Shown here: positions 1 to 8,608 of the stretch, one piece after another | How positions within the stretch are numbered: position 1 is the stretch's first letter | Layout: every line of letters begins with the position of its first letter | Origin: Dehalococcoidia bacterium | GTDB lineage: Bacteria; Chloroflexota; Dehalococcoidia; UBA2979 | Direction of reading: 5' to 3' | Length of the DNA: 64,000 nt | Assembly (NCBI GenBank): GCA_009692705.1 | Contig: SHYR01000001.1 | Coordinates: 33,948 to 97,947, forward strand | Program-made: the position numbers and the translations under genes | The notes under the pieces: generated by a model | Told to the model about the DNA's origin: nothing | Databases searched by the model: none | The model's input: only the letters and a program-made list of their open reading frames with translations

Positions 1-423
1 TCGCGCTCGCTGGTGCCGGGCCGCGCGGCCCCTGCTCGTGCATCCAGCGCAGCGCGGCGACGGCGTCGTCGACGGCGGCCGGGAACGGCGCGGCCGGCGC
101 CAGCCGGTAGTCGAGCGAGAGCATGGCGCAGCCGGAGGCGGCCGAGATGCGTGCGACGAGCTGGCGGTGGGAGGTGGCGGAGCCGCCGGTGTAGCCGCCG
201 CCGTGTAGGTAGAGCACGCGGCGGTCGGCGTCGGCGCGCGCCGCGAGCACCCACTCGCCGCGCACGCCGCCGGCGTCGACCGGCGTGACCGCCACGTCGA
301 CGACCGCCGCGGCCGCGGCCGCGGCTGCCGCCCGCGGGCGCTGCTCGGCGGCCTGCGCGGCGGCCGGCTGGTGCCGCCGGTCGCGGATGCGCTGCACCGC
401 CGCGCGCAGTTCGGCTGACGCCA
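1..423 (-). CDS. alpha/beta hydrolase fold-3 (HSL-type esterase/lipase), N-terminal part; 3' end lies beyond window start
   Basis: Reverse-strand translation from ATG at 423 gives MASAELRAAVQRIRDRR...VLYLHGGGYTGGSATSHRQLVARISAASGCAMLSLDYRLAPAAPFPAAVDDAVAALRWMHEQG. This contains the HGGG oxyanion-hole block typical of fold-3 esterases. There is no in-window stop, and the ORF is absent from the track because it runs off the edge. Confidence 0.55.
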
Positions 424-561
424 TCGGTGCCTCCGTCGCACCCCTGCAACGCTTGGTGCTGGTGGTTATAGCCGATCGCCGCCCCGCGGTGGGCTGCCCG
501 GGGCACACCGCGGGGCGCTCGGCGGCGTAGGATCCGCTCGGCGCCTGGGCGGGAGCACGCG

Positions 562-1743
562 GTGTTCGAGTTCGGTGGCTGGTGGCCGTCGGCGAACGGC
601 GCGCCGTGGCAGTGGGGCTGGCGAGCCTATCCCGGCACCTGGCTGCTGCCGCTGGCGCTGGCCGCCGCATACGCCGCCGTGCTCGCCCGGTTGGCGTCTG
701 GGCGGGTGGCGCGCGGCGAGCCCCGGGCGGCGCGGCGGCGACTGGCGCTGTTCGCGCTCGGGCTGCTGGTGCTGTGGCTCGCGATCGACTGGCCGCTCGG
801 CGCGCTCGCTGGGTACCTGCTGGTGGCCCACACCGCTCAGTACCTGCTGCTAACGCTGGTCGCGGCGCCGCTGCTGCTGGTGGGGCTGCCGGCGTGGCTG
901 GCGATCGCGTGGACGCCCCGGCGCGGCCCGCGGCTGTGGCGCGCGGCGGTGGGGCGGCTGATCTGGCCGCCGGTGGAGCTGGCGGTGTTCGCGCTGGTGC
1001 TGGCGGCGACGCACCTGCCCGGCGTGCTCGACGCGCTGCGTCCGCACGCGGCGGGCGCGGCGGCGATGGCGCTGGCGTGGCTGGCGGCGGCGGCGCTGTT
1101 CTGGTGGCCGGTGGTGGGTCCGGCGCCGGCGCGGCGGCGGCTGCCGTACCTCGCGAGCATCGGCTACCTGGTCGTGCCGTTCGTGCTGCCGAAGGTGCCG
1201 GGCGCGTTCTTCATCTTCAGCGGCACGCCGCCGTACCGCGTCTACGAGCAGGCGCCTCGGGTGTGGGCGCTCTCGGCGACCGCCGATCACCAGCTCGCCG
1301 GGCTGCTGCTGTGGATCGTGGGGAGCGTGATGGTGGTCGTGGCGCTCGGCGTGCTGCTGTTCCAGTGGGCGGCCGAGGACCGGCGGCTGACGGAGGAGCA
1401 GGGCATCGCGGTGCCGGCGGACCCGCGCGCGGTGGCTGTGCTGTTCGAGGTGCCCGGGGGCTGGGCGGCGCTGGAGCGGCTGGTCGCGATCGTGGGACGG
1501 GCGCTGTCGCCCGAGCCGCTCGCGACGGAGCTCGCGTTCGCGCTGCCGCCGCCGGGTGGCACGGCGCCGCTGCTGACGCTCGAGCTGCGCATCGGCCTCG
1601 AGGGGGAGCCGGCGGCCGCGCTGGCGGAGCGCATCGCACGCGATTACAGCGCGTTTCTCTCCGGGCTGGCGGTGGAGCGCCGCATGGCGATCGCGGACGC
1701 GCTGGCGTTCCGTGTGGTGGGCTACGGCAGCCGTGTGATCTGA
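562..1743 (+). CDS. polytopic membrane protein, CtaG (caa3-type cytochrome oxidase assembly factor)/CopD-like, with a soluble C-terminal extension
   Basis: 393-aa ORF with multiple hydrophobic segments. The N-terminus (WWPSANGAPWQWGWRAYPGTWLLPLALAAAYAAVL) resembles the Caa3_CtaG family. The C-terminal ~120 aa are hydrophilic. Confidence 0.45.
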   Translation: MFEFGGWWPSANGAPWQWGWRAYPGTWLLPLALAAAYAAVLARLASGRVARGEPRAARRRLALFALGLLVLWLAIDWPLGALAGYLLVAHTAQYLLLTLVAAPLLLVGLPAWLAIAWTPRRGPRLWRAAVGRLIWPPVELAVFALVLAATHLPGVLDALRPHAAGAAAMALAWLAAAALFWWPVVGPAPARRRLPYLASIGYLVVPFVLPKVPGAFFIFSGTPPYRVYEQAPRVWALSATADHQLAGLLLWIVGSVMVVVALGVLLFQWAAEDRRLTEEQGIAVPADPRAVAVLFEVPGGWAALERLVAIVGRALSPEPLATELAFALPPPGGTAPLLTLELRIGLEGEPAAALAERIARDYSAFLSGLAVERRMAIADALAFRVVGYGSRVI

Positions 1744-1750
1744 GGCGCGA

Positions 1751-2746
1751 CTAGCTCGGGATCACGGCGGAGAAGAGGTAGCCGAGGCCGAAGCAGATCG
1801 GGAAGGTGGACACCCATGCCAGAACGATGTTGTAGGCGATGCCCCATCGCACGGCCGAGAGCCTCCTGGTGGCGCCCGCCCCCATGATCGCGGAGCCGAT
1901 GGTGTGGGTGGTGCTGACGGGTATGCCAAAGCGGGCGGTGATCGCCAGGGTCGCGGCCGCGGCGGTCTCGGCGCCGAAGCCCTGGTAGGTCTCCAGATGG
2001 GTGATGCCCGTTCCCAGCGTCTTCATGATCCGCCAGCCCCCGGCCATCGTGCTCACCCCCATCGTCACCGCGGCGAGCAAGATCACCCAGAGCGGCACGC
2101 TGAAATCTTTGGCCGGTGTCTTGTCGTAGAGCGCGAGCGCAAGGGCCATGGCTCCGATCGCCTTCTGGCCGTCGGATGTGCCGTGGCTCCACGCCATGAA
2201 GGCGGAGGAGATGATCTGGGCATGGCCGAAGTTGCGCCGGACGCCGGAGGGGCTTGCGTTCCGGAACAGCCAGAGCACCATCAGCACGATCGCGAACGCC
2301 GCGCCGAAGCCGAAGAGCAGGGAGAGGCCCATGCCGCTGAACACCTTCTGCCAGCCGTGCCAGATCAGCGCGTCGAAGCCTACCTGCTGGACAGCGGCGC
2401 CGGCCAGTCCGGCGACCAGGCCGTGGCTCTCGCTCGTGGGGATTCGCCAGTAGGCTGTCAGGCCACTCCAGCAGACAACGGCGAGACAGCCGGCCGCCAC
2501 CGTCTGCAGGCCGATGCCAGAGTCGATGTTGACGACCCCCTTGCCGACGGTCACCGCGACCGCGGTGCCGGAGAGCGCTCCGACGAGGTTGAGTACCGCC
2601 GCCATCGACACGGCGGCGAAGGGCGGCATGACGCGCGTCGACACCACGGTGGCGATGGAGTTCGGGGCGTCCGTCCAGCCGTTTACCGCCTCAAAGGCGA
2701 TCATGATGACGAAGGTGACAATCAGGAACGCAAGACTTTCGGTCAC
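1751..2746 (-). CDS. pit: inorganic phosphate transporter, PiT family
   Basis: 331-aa ORF with 10+ TM segments and PiT/PHO4 signatures (GWTDAPNSIATVVSTRV; C-terminal repeat GSAIMGAGATRRLSAVRWG). It is paired with a DUF47 gene immediately upstream, as is usual for pit loci. Confidence 0.9.
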   Translation of the reverse strand: MTESLAFLIVTFVIMIAFEAVNGWTDAPNSIATVVSTRVMPPFAAVSMAAVLNLVGALSGTAVAVTVGKGVVNIDSGIGLQTVAAGCLAVVCWSGLTAYWRIPTSESHGLVAGLAGAAVQQVGFDALIWHGWQKVFSGMGLSLLFGFGAAFAIVLMVLWLFRNASPSGVRRNFGHAQIISSAFMAWSHGTSDGQKAIGAMALALALYDKTPAKDFSVPLWVILLAAVTMGVSTMAGGWRIMKTLGTGITHLETYQGFGAETAAAATLAITARFGIPVSTTHTIGSAIMGAGATRRLSAVRWGIAYNIVLAWVSTFPICFGLGYLFSAVIPS

Positions 2747-2776
2747 GGCTTAGCACCGGTTCGCTCGCACCGCGGC

Positions 2777-3412
2777 TTAGCCATGCTTGAGGACGATCGA
2801 TTCGAGCACGTGCGCGACGTTCTCGCAGCTATCGATCGCGTTTTCCAGCTGGTCGTAGATCTCGCGCCACTTGATGATGTCGATGGCCGTCATCTCGCCA
2901 TCGAAGAGATGCGCCAACGCCTGCAGGTAGAGCGTGTCGCCCTCGTTCTCGAGCCGGTTGATCTCCCTGGCGATCTTGAAGATATCCTTGAGCTTGCCTT
3001 TGTGTCTCAGCACCTCGATCGCCTTCGCGATCTGCAGGCTTTGGAGCCGTGCCAGGTCCGCCAGGCCGCGCGCCGCCGGCATGGTGTGGGTGATGCCGTA
3101 AATGCTGATGCCGGTGGCCGTCGCCTCGGTGTAATCGACGATATCGTCCAGGCGTTGAGCGAGGGCGACGATGTCCTCCCGGTCGATGGGAGTGACGAAC
3201 GTCTGGTTGACCAGCGTGTAGATGTCGTGCGTCAGCCCGTCGGCTTGGTGTTCGAGCTCCTTCATACGCTTAGACTTCATCTCGACGTTCTCGAAATGTT
3301 CGAGGAGATCGGCCAGAGTTTCGGTGCTGATGATGACCAGTTGCGTGAGCTCCGCAAACAGGTCGTAGAAGCGGTTATTCCTGGGGAAGATCGAAAAGCG
3401 CAGGCCAGACAT
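2777..3412 (-). CDS. DUF47/PhoU-like Pit accessory protein (TIGR00153 family)
   Basis: 211 aa of helical-bundle PhoU-like sequence (EHQADGLTHDIYTLVNQTFVTPIDREDI...ENEGDTLYLQAL). It sits upstream of and is co-oriented with pit. Confidence 0.85.
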   Translation of the reverse strand: MSGLRFSIFPRNNRFYDLFAELTQLVIISTETLADLLEHFENVEMKSKRMKELEHQADGLTHDIYTLVNQTFVTPIDREDIVALAQRLDDIVDYTEATATGISIYGITHTMPAARGLADLARLQSLQIAKAIEVLRHKGKLKDIFKIAREINRLENEGDTLYLQALAHLFDGEMTAIDIIKWREIYDQLENAIDSCENVAHVLESIVLKHG

Positions 3413-3748
3413 GCAGCACCACCGCTCTCGTCACTGTGGGCGAACGTCACGCCAGCTGTGGTGCTGGCTTTTCGATCGAGGCTCCGCTCGCCGGATTTCC
3501 CGCCCGCCGAATTCTATTACCGCCTTTGCATTGGCGCTAATACCAAGCGTGGAACGGCGGCGCGAGGACGCTGGGGCGCGGCGGCTCGCGGCGGCGAGTG
3601 GTTCCTCAGGCCCGGCACGAGCGGGCTCGCAGGAGCCAACGAAGAGGCCCCCGCGGCAACGCGGGGGCTTCTTCGTGTCCGGCGCGTGCGCTCGCTCCCC
3701 CCGGCTGGGCGCGCGCACGCGCATGCGCATGCGTGCTAGGATACGGCC

Positions 3749-4261
3749 ATGTCCGACGCACCGGCGCTCGACGCGCGCGCCTTCCGCACGCTGCTCGGGC
3801 GTTTCGCCACCGGCGTCACCGTGGTCACGAGCGTCGACGGGGGTACGCCCCTGGGCATGACGGCCAACGCCTTCAGCTCGGTGTCGCTGAATCCGTTGCT
3901 GGTGCTGGTGTGCGTGGACCGCAAGGCGTCGATGTACGAGCCGCTGCTACGCAGCGGGCACTTCGCGGTGAACATCCTGGCCGCCGATCAGCAGCCGGTC
4001 GCCGCGTTCTTCGCGCGCAGCGGACGCGGCGTCGACGGCGGCGGCTCGATGGGCGGCGTCCAGTACCGCATGGGCAAGACCGGCTCGCCGCTCATCGAGG
4101 GCTCCCTCGGCTGGCTCGACTGCCGCGTGTGGCGGCAGTACGACGGCGGCGATCACACGATCCTGGTCGGCGAGGTCGTGGACATGGAGTTGACCACGTC
4201 GGACGCCGTGCCGCTGCTGTTCTTCGGCGGCGGCTACGGGAGCTTCACGCCGCGGCGCTGA
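3749..4261 (+). CDS. flavin reductase (NAD(P)H:FMN oxidoreductase, HpaC-like)
   Basis: 170 aa with flavin_reduct domain motifs (FRTLLGRFATGVTVVTS...GMTANAFSSVSLNPLLVLVCV...GDHTILVGEVV). Confidence 0.85.
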   Translation: MSDAPALDARAFRTLLGRFATGVTVVTSVDGGTPLGMTANAFSSVSLNPLLVLVCVDRKASMYEPLLRSGHFAVNILAADQQPVAAFFARSGRGVDGGGSMGGVQYRMGKTGSPLIEGSLGWLDCRVWRQYDGGDHTILVGEVVDMELTTSDAVPLLFFGGGYGSFTPRR

Positions 4262-4514
4262 GCCGCCGCCCTGCCAGCGGGCTTCGCCCTCGCCTCGCGC
4301 GGCCTGTCGCTTCGCGCTCGCGCATTAGTGGCTGCACCGTCGCCGACGCTGGTCTCCCCGCATGGGGAGCGGTGGCGCGCGGCCGGTAGGCTGGAGCGGC
4401 CGGGAGGTGACGTGAGCGCGGACGCCGTCGGCCCGCTGCAGGCGCCGGGCCGCCGCGAGGCGGCCTGGGTCCGCCGCCCCGCGCCCGGAGCGCGGCGCCG
4501 AGTTCGGCCGCCTG

Positions 4515-5066
4515 TTGCAGCAGCAGCTCGCCGAGCCGCGCGGCGGCGTGGAGCGCGCGCGGCAGGCGGTCGACGCGCTGCGTGACGGCGGCGCGCTGCG
4601 CGTGGAGCTGGCGTCCGCTGCGGCCTCGCGGCGCGCGACGGCGGAGCTCGCGGCGGGGTTGCCGTACGCGGGCGGGGACGGCGGCACGGACCACTTCGGT
4701 TGGCGCTCGCTCACGCGCCGGCTGGGCGAGGACGTGGTCGTGCCCGGATTCGGCATGATCTTCGAGCAGCAGATCAACCAGGAATCCGGCTTCGCGCCGG
4801 AGGTGGCGTTCGGCCTGCGCCGCTCGCGCGCGGGTGCGGAGGGCATTGCGCAGCTGATGCCGCAGTACTACCCCGGCGTCGATCGCGCCGATCCGCAGGC
4901 GTCGCTGAACGCGGCGGCGCTGACTATGAAGCACTACCTCGCGGCCTTCGATGGCGACACGCGCAAGGCGCTGGCGGCGTACAACGCCGGGCTGGGCCGC
5001 GTGCAGGCGCTGGTGCAGGCGCACGGCGATGACTGGCAGCGCGCGCTGCCGCTCGAAACCCGGTAG
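4515..5066 (+). CDS. lytic transglycosylase (SLT domain) protein, TTG start, no recognisable signal peptide
   Basis: SLT family signature (FEQQINQESGFAPEVAFGLRRSRAGAEGIAQLMPQYY...AAYNAGLGRV) including the catalytic Glu in the ESGF block. It ends at a TAG that is in the same frame as the downstream M23-like ORF. Confidence 0.55.
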   Translation: MQQQLAEPRGGVERARQAVDALRDGGALRVELASAAASRRATAELAAGLPYAGGDGGTDHFGWRSLTRRLGEDVVVPGFGMIFEQQINQESGFAPEVAFGLRRSRAGAEGIAQLMPQYYPGVDRADPQASLNAAALTMKHYLAAFDGDTRKALAAYNAGLGRVQALVQAHGDDWQRALPLETR

Positions 5067-5108
5067 TACCTGCAGGCGATCCTCGGCACGACGCAGCCGC
5101 AGCTCCTG

Positions 5109-5501
5109 GTGCGCGCCGCGGAGGAGGTGGCGGTGTTCGGTGGGCGCGGGCCGGGCGGCGTGCTCACGCCGCCGCTGGAGCGCGTGCTCGATCGGCGCGC
5201 CACGGGCTCGCTGCTCAACCTGCTGGCCGCCGCCGGCTCTACGGTGCGGGCGCCGGCGGACGGGCGCGTGGACTCGGTCCGGGACCGCGATGGCCTGGGC
5301 ACGCTCGCGCTTGACCACGGAAATGGCTGGGAGAGCTCGCTCTCCGGACTCGCGGGCGTGCTGGCGCTCGCCGGGCAACAGGTGCGGCGCGGCAATGCAC
5401 TGGGCACGCTGGCCGAAGGGCTGACGCCGGGGCAGGGCGTGCTGGGCCTGAGCCTGAACGGGTGGATGCTGCCCGCGTCGCGCTATGTGTTGCTCTCGTA
5501 G
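5109..5501 (+). CDS. degenerate LytM/M23 peptidase domain protein (zinc-ligand His residues absent)
   Basis: M23 fold motifs (APADGRVDSV...LDHGNGWES...GQQVRRGNALGTLAEG) are present, but the HxH zinc-binding motif is replaced (GVLGLSL). The ORF is in the same frame as the upstream SLT ORF, separated from it by one TAG and 14 codons. Confidence 0.5.
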   Translation: MRAAEEVAVFGGRGPGGVLTPPLERVLDRRATGSLLNLLAAAGSTVRAPADGRVDSVRDRDGLGTLALDHGNGWESSLSGLAGVLALAGQQVRRGNALGTLAEGLTPGQGVLGLSLNGWMLPASRYVLLS

Positions 5502-5576
5502 CTCCCCCGCGGGCGGGATGCTAGACTGACTTGCCGCGGTCGGAGACCGTTGTTCCTTGTCCCGTGGTGGGTCCGT

Positions 5577-5654
5577 GGTGGGTGTCGCCTAGCGGTCAAA
5601 GGCGCCAGGTTGTGGCCCTGGAGAACGAGGGTTCAAATCCCTTCACCCACCCCA
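5577..5654 (+). tRNA. tRNA-His (anticodon GTG) with encoded G-1 and 3' CCA
   Basis: Manual fold: acceptor GTGGGTG/CACCCAC preceded by G-1 at 5577; D arm GCCT-AGCGGTCAA-AGGC; anticodon arm CCAGG-TTGTGGC-CCTGG with anticodon GTG; T arm GAGGG-TTCAAAT-CCCTT; discriminator C then CCA. G-1 paired to C73 is the hallmark of bacterial tRNA-His. Confidence 0.85.
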
Positions 5655-5769
5655 ACCGCCTGATTCGCGCGACGGCCTGCGCTGCGCGCGCGGCGTAACG
5701 CATCGCGCCAGTGCTAAGATTGGTTCTTCCACTGCCGCGCCGCGTCGCCATCTGAAGGAGCTGTCGAGC

Positions 5770-6819
5770 ATGCGCTCGAAGCTGGCGCTGGCGTGTGCGG
5801 CTGCCGCGCTGCTGCTCGCCGCCTGCGGCGGCGGCGATGGCGACGACGAGGCGAGCGTGCTCGCGGACCGTATCCTGCGCATCGGCGAGAATCCAGACAC
5901 GATCGTGGAGGTGCTGCGCGGTGTGCCGCCGGGCCTCAGCGCCGCGCTCAACCCCGGCGCCACGGCGGACACGCCCGCTTCCGAACGCATGGCGCTCCCT
6001 GTGCACCCAGACGGCAAGCTGCTGGGCTCGTTCCGGGTCGTGCGGCCGGACGGCGTGCAGAACTTCTACCTGCTGTACGATATTCCGCGCGCCGACGAGC
6101 TGGTCGAGGGCGCGATCGTGAAGCAGCTGAACGAGTCGCCGTGGCAGATGAAGGTCGGCCAGTCGACGGGCTCGCAGACGGCGATCGGGTTCGAGAACAC
6201 GCGCTTCGCCGAGATCAGCGGCACGGTGTTCCTGCGCGCGGTGCGCCCGGGGCCGGACCAGCCGCTGACGAACGTGGTGTACCTGATCGAGGTGCATCCG
6301 GCGCAAGCCCCGGAGAAGCGCCCCTTCGTGCTGTCCGCGTCGCGGCCGGTGCCCGAGCGGTTTCCCGCCGGCTTCCTGGTGCAGAAGGACATGACCGCGA
6401 TCACGGTCGCATGGTCCTTCGACGCCGACGGCGATAGCTACCAGTTCGTGCTGCTGACCCGCACCACGGCCTTCGACGTGGTGGCCTTCTACCGCGCCCT
6501 GCTGCGGCAGCAGGGCTGGCAGCTCGTTGCCGACCGTGCGGTCGGATTCGCTACCGCGCTCGACTTCGCATCGCAGGACGGCGCGATCCGGGGCACGCTG
6601 ACCGCGGACGCCTTCAAGGACGACAGCGCGTACACGTCCGTGCTGCTGGAGCTGCAGCAGGCGCGAGGTGGGGCTGCCGGGCAGGGCGGTTCCCCGGCGC
6701 CGCGCACCACCCCGACGCCCGCAGGCTCGGCCATGCCAACGGCCACGCCGACGGCTACGCCGACGGCCACCCCGACGATCGCGCCCTCAGCCTCGCCGAC
6801 CCCCACCGGGGCCCGCTAG
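5770..6819 (+). CDS. lipoprotein of unknown function with C-terminal Pro/Thr-rich tail
   Basis: Signal peptide with lipobox (MRSKLALACAAAALLLAACGGG). RBS GAAGGAG lies 9 nt upstream of the ATG. The C-terminus is low complexity (TPTPAGSAMPTATPTATPTATPTIAPSASPTPTG). Confidence 0.6.
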   Translation: MRSKLALACAAAALLLAACGGGDGDDEASVLADRILRIGENPDTIVEVLRGVPPGLSAALNPGATADTPASERMALPVHPDGKLLGSFRVVRPDGVQNFYLLYDIPRADELVEGAIVKQLNESPWQMKVGQSTGSQTAIGFENTRFAEISGTVFLRAVRPGPDQPLTNVVYLIEVHPAQAPEKRPFVLSASRPVPERFPAGFLVQKDMTAITVAWSFDADGDSYQFVLLTRTTAFDVVAFYRALLRQQGWQLVADRAVGFATALDFASQDGAIRGTLTADAFKDDSAYTSVLLELQQARGGAAGQGGSPAPRTTPTPAGSAMPTATPTATPTATPTIAPSASPTPTGAR

Positions 6820-7057
6820 CCCCGCTCCGAGCGCCCCTGTGCGGATTAACCCCGAGCGGGGGATCCCTGCAGGGTGCGCGCCAGCGCTGCCGCAGGTGTT
6901 CCCCGATCAGCCGCCCGCCGGATCGCCGCGATGATCCCCGCAGATTGAGTTGCGGCGGGGACCGACCGCAACCGCTGGCCGGCACGGATGCAGGCCGGTC
7001 CGCAGGCAGGGAAGGCAAGGGAGACCGCTGGCATGGGCATGACCATCCACCAACGTC

Positions 7058-7923
7058 ATGGCGATCAATGCGCAGCGCAACTTGAACGTCACGAGCTTCA
7101 AGCTCGGGCGTGCGCTGGAGCAGCTGTCCAGCGGCATGCGCATCAACCGCGCCGCCGACGACGCAGCCGGGCTGGCGATCAGCGAGAAGATGCGCACCCT
7201 GATCCGCGGCATGCAGCAGGGATCGCGCAACGGCCAGGACGGCATCTCGATGGTGCAGATCGCCGAGGGCGCGCTGAACGAGGTCACCGGGATTCTCCAG
7301 CGCATGCGCGAACTGACGGTGCAGGCCGGCAACGACACGCTCTCGCTCAACGACCGCCGGGCGATCGGTGAGGAGCTGCTGACGCTCAAATCCGAGGTGG
7401 ACAATATCTCGGCGCGCACGACGTTCAACGGCCTCAGCCTGCTGACCGGCTCGCTCTCGACCTTGCAGGACCTGCGACGGCGCTCACGCAGAGCAGCGGC
7501 ATGGTCACGATCAACGGCGTCGCGATCAGCTGGGACGCGACCGTGGATTCCCTGAACAATGTGATCTCGCGCATCAACCAGTCCGCTACCGGCGTGACCG
7601 CGACCTACGACGAGCAGAACGACAAGTTCGTGATCACGTCGAACAAGACCGGGTCGGTGGCGGTGGGGCTGGCGGACACGGCTGGCAACCTGCTCACCTC
7701 GCTCGGTGTGCTCGCCGCGACGCAGGGCATCGGTACCGGCGCGTCGTACAAGATCAACGGCGGACCGCTGCAGTACGCGGCGACGAACGAGGTCACGAAC
7801 GCCGTGACCGGGGTGACGCTCTCGCTGAAGGAGGTTACGGCTGCCGCGATCAAGGTCACGATCAACGCCGATACCAGCACGCTGAAGGCTCGGCTGGTCG
7901 ACTTCGTGGAGGAACCAAGGTAG
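7058..7923 (+). pseudogene. flagellin-family gene remnant, frameshifted near 7465 and lacking the conserved C-terminal domain
   Basis: 7058..7555 encodes a textbook flagellin N-domain (MAINAQRNLNVTSFKLGRALEQLSSGMRINRAADDAAGLAISEKMRTLIRGMQQGSRNGQDGISMVQIAEGALNEVTGILQRMRELTVQAGNDTL). After a +1 frame switch, 7501..7923 encodes a variable-domain-like segment ending in KARLVDFVEEPR then a stop. No flagellin C-terminal helix follows, and the start lacks the usual N-terminal NTN(V)AAL residues. Confidence 0.6.
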
Positions 7924-7942
7924 ACGAACATCCCCGTGCCGA

Positions 7943-8107
7943 TCACAACAGCAGCGCAACACACCATGTGAGCACGCCCACCAGCGATACCGTCGTAAAG
8001 AAACCAGCGGTGGTCGAACCCACCATGGAGCCGATGAGAACGTCCCCGGCAACCAAAGCTCGGATCACTTCCTGCGCGGTGAACGCGAGCGCCAGGGCTG
8101 CACCCAT
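7943..8107 (-). CDS. possible small hydrophobic protein (54 aa) in a low-GC patch
   Basis: Minus-strand ORF MGAALALAFTAQEVIRALVAGDVLIGSMVGSTTAGFFTTVSLVGVLTWCVALLL* with two predicted TM helices, below the track's length cutoff. The local GC is lower than flanking DNA. No convincing RBS. Confidence 0.2.
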   Translation of the reverse strand: MGAALALAFTAQEVIRALVAGDVLIGSMVGSTTAGFFTTVSLVGVLTWCVALLL

Positions 8108-8274
8108 GGCTCACCCGACCCAAGCTGAAGCGTCGACCACCGTGCACCACGCGGCGGCTCCAACGCCCCAGAGCATCGTGTACCCCACGACCTGGGTTAT
8201 GCGGAGAATCAAGCTCCTGCGGCGGTCGTTCACTAGCGACACTCCTAGTCTCCCGCACTCTACATCGCGGCTCA

Positions 8275-8529
8275 GTGGGCACCCCTCCATTACCGTTAGT
8301 ACGGGCGCTCGAGTGGCGGCGGCGTTCCGCGCCGGCGAACAGCGCCTCGCTTTGCGCCATCGACGAGTGTGGCGAGCGCATGCGGCACCAGTGCTCGCGC
8401 TGCCGGCTGATGTTCTGCGACCAGCACCTGAGCGAGGTCAGTGTGATCGAGGGGCGCGGCGCCAGCCGGCGGCGCGTGCACGTGCTGGTGTGCGCGTACT
8501 GCCGCGCTCGCGCGCGGTACTGGAACTGA
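8275..8529 (+). CDS. hypothetical Cys-rich small protein (possible zinc-binding)
   Basis: 84-aa ORF with 7 Cys arranged as CAIDEC...CSRC...FCDQH...CAYC. The N-terminal part lies in the low-GC patch. There is no RBS, and the start (GTG at 8275 or internal ATG) is uncertain. Confidence 0.3.
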   Translation: MGTPPLPLVRALEWRRRSAPANSASLCAIDECGERMRHQCSRCRLMFCDQHLSEVSVIEGRGASRRRVHVLVCAYCRARARYWN

Positions 8530-8530
8530 G

Positions 8531-8608
8531 GCCGCGTGCGGGCGCGAGCGGGCCACGGGCGGGGCCGCGTGCGGGCGCGAGCGGGCCACGGGCGGGGCCG
8601 CGGGCGGG
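8531..8608. repeat. tandem direct repeat, 33-bp unit x about 2.3, intergenic between convergent genes
   Basis: The unit gccgcgtgcgggcgcgagcgggccacgggcggg occurs at 8531 and again at 8564, followed by a partial third copy (ggccgcgggcgggctag). Confidence 0.6.

Noticed and set aside
582-1754. 390-aa Gly/Ala/Arg-rich ORF overlapping the CtaG-like gene in another frame, and similar 100-170-aa ORFs throughout (e.g. 850..1290, 1217..1639, 3598..4389, 4245..5378)
   Set aside because: Low-complexity GC-codon artefacts overlapping better-supported genes.
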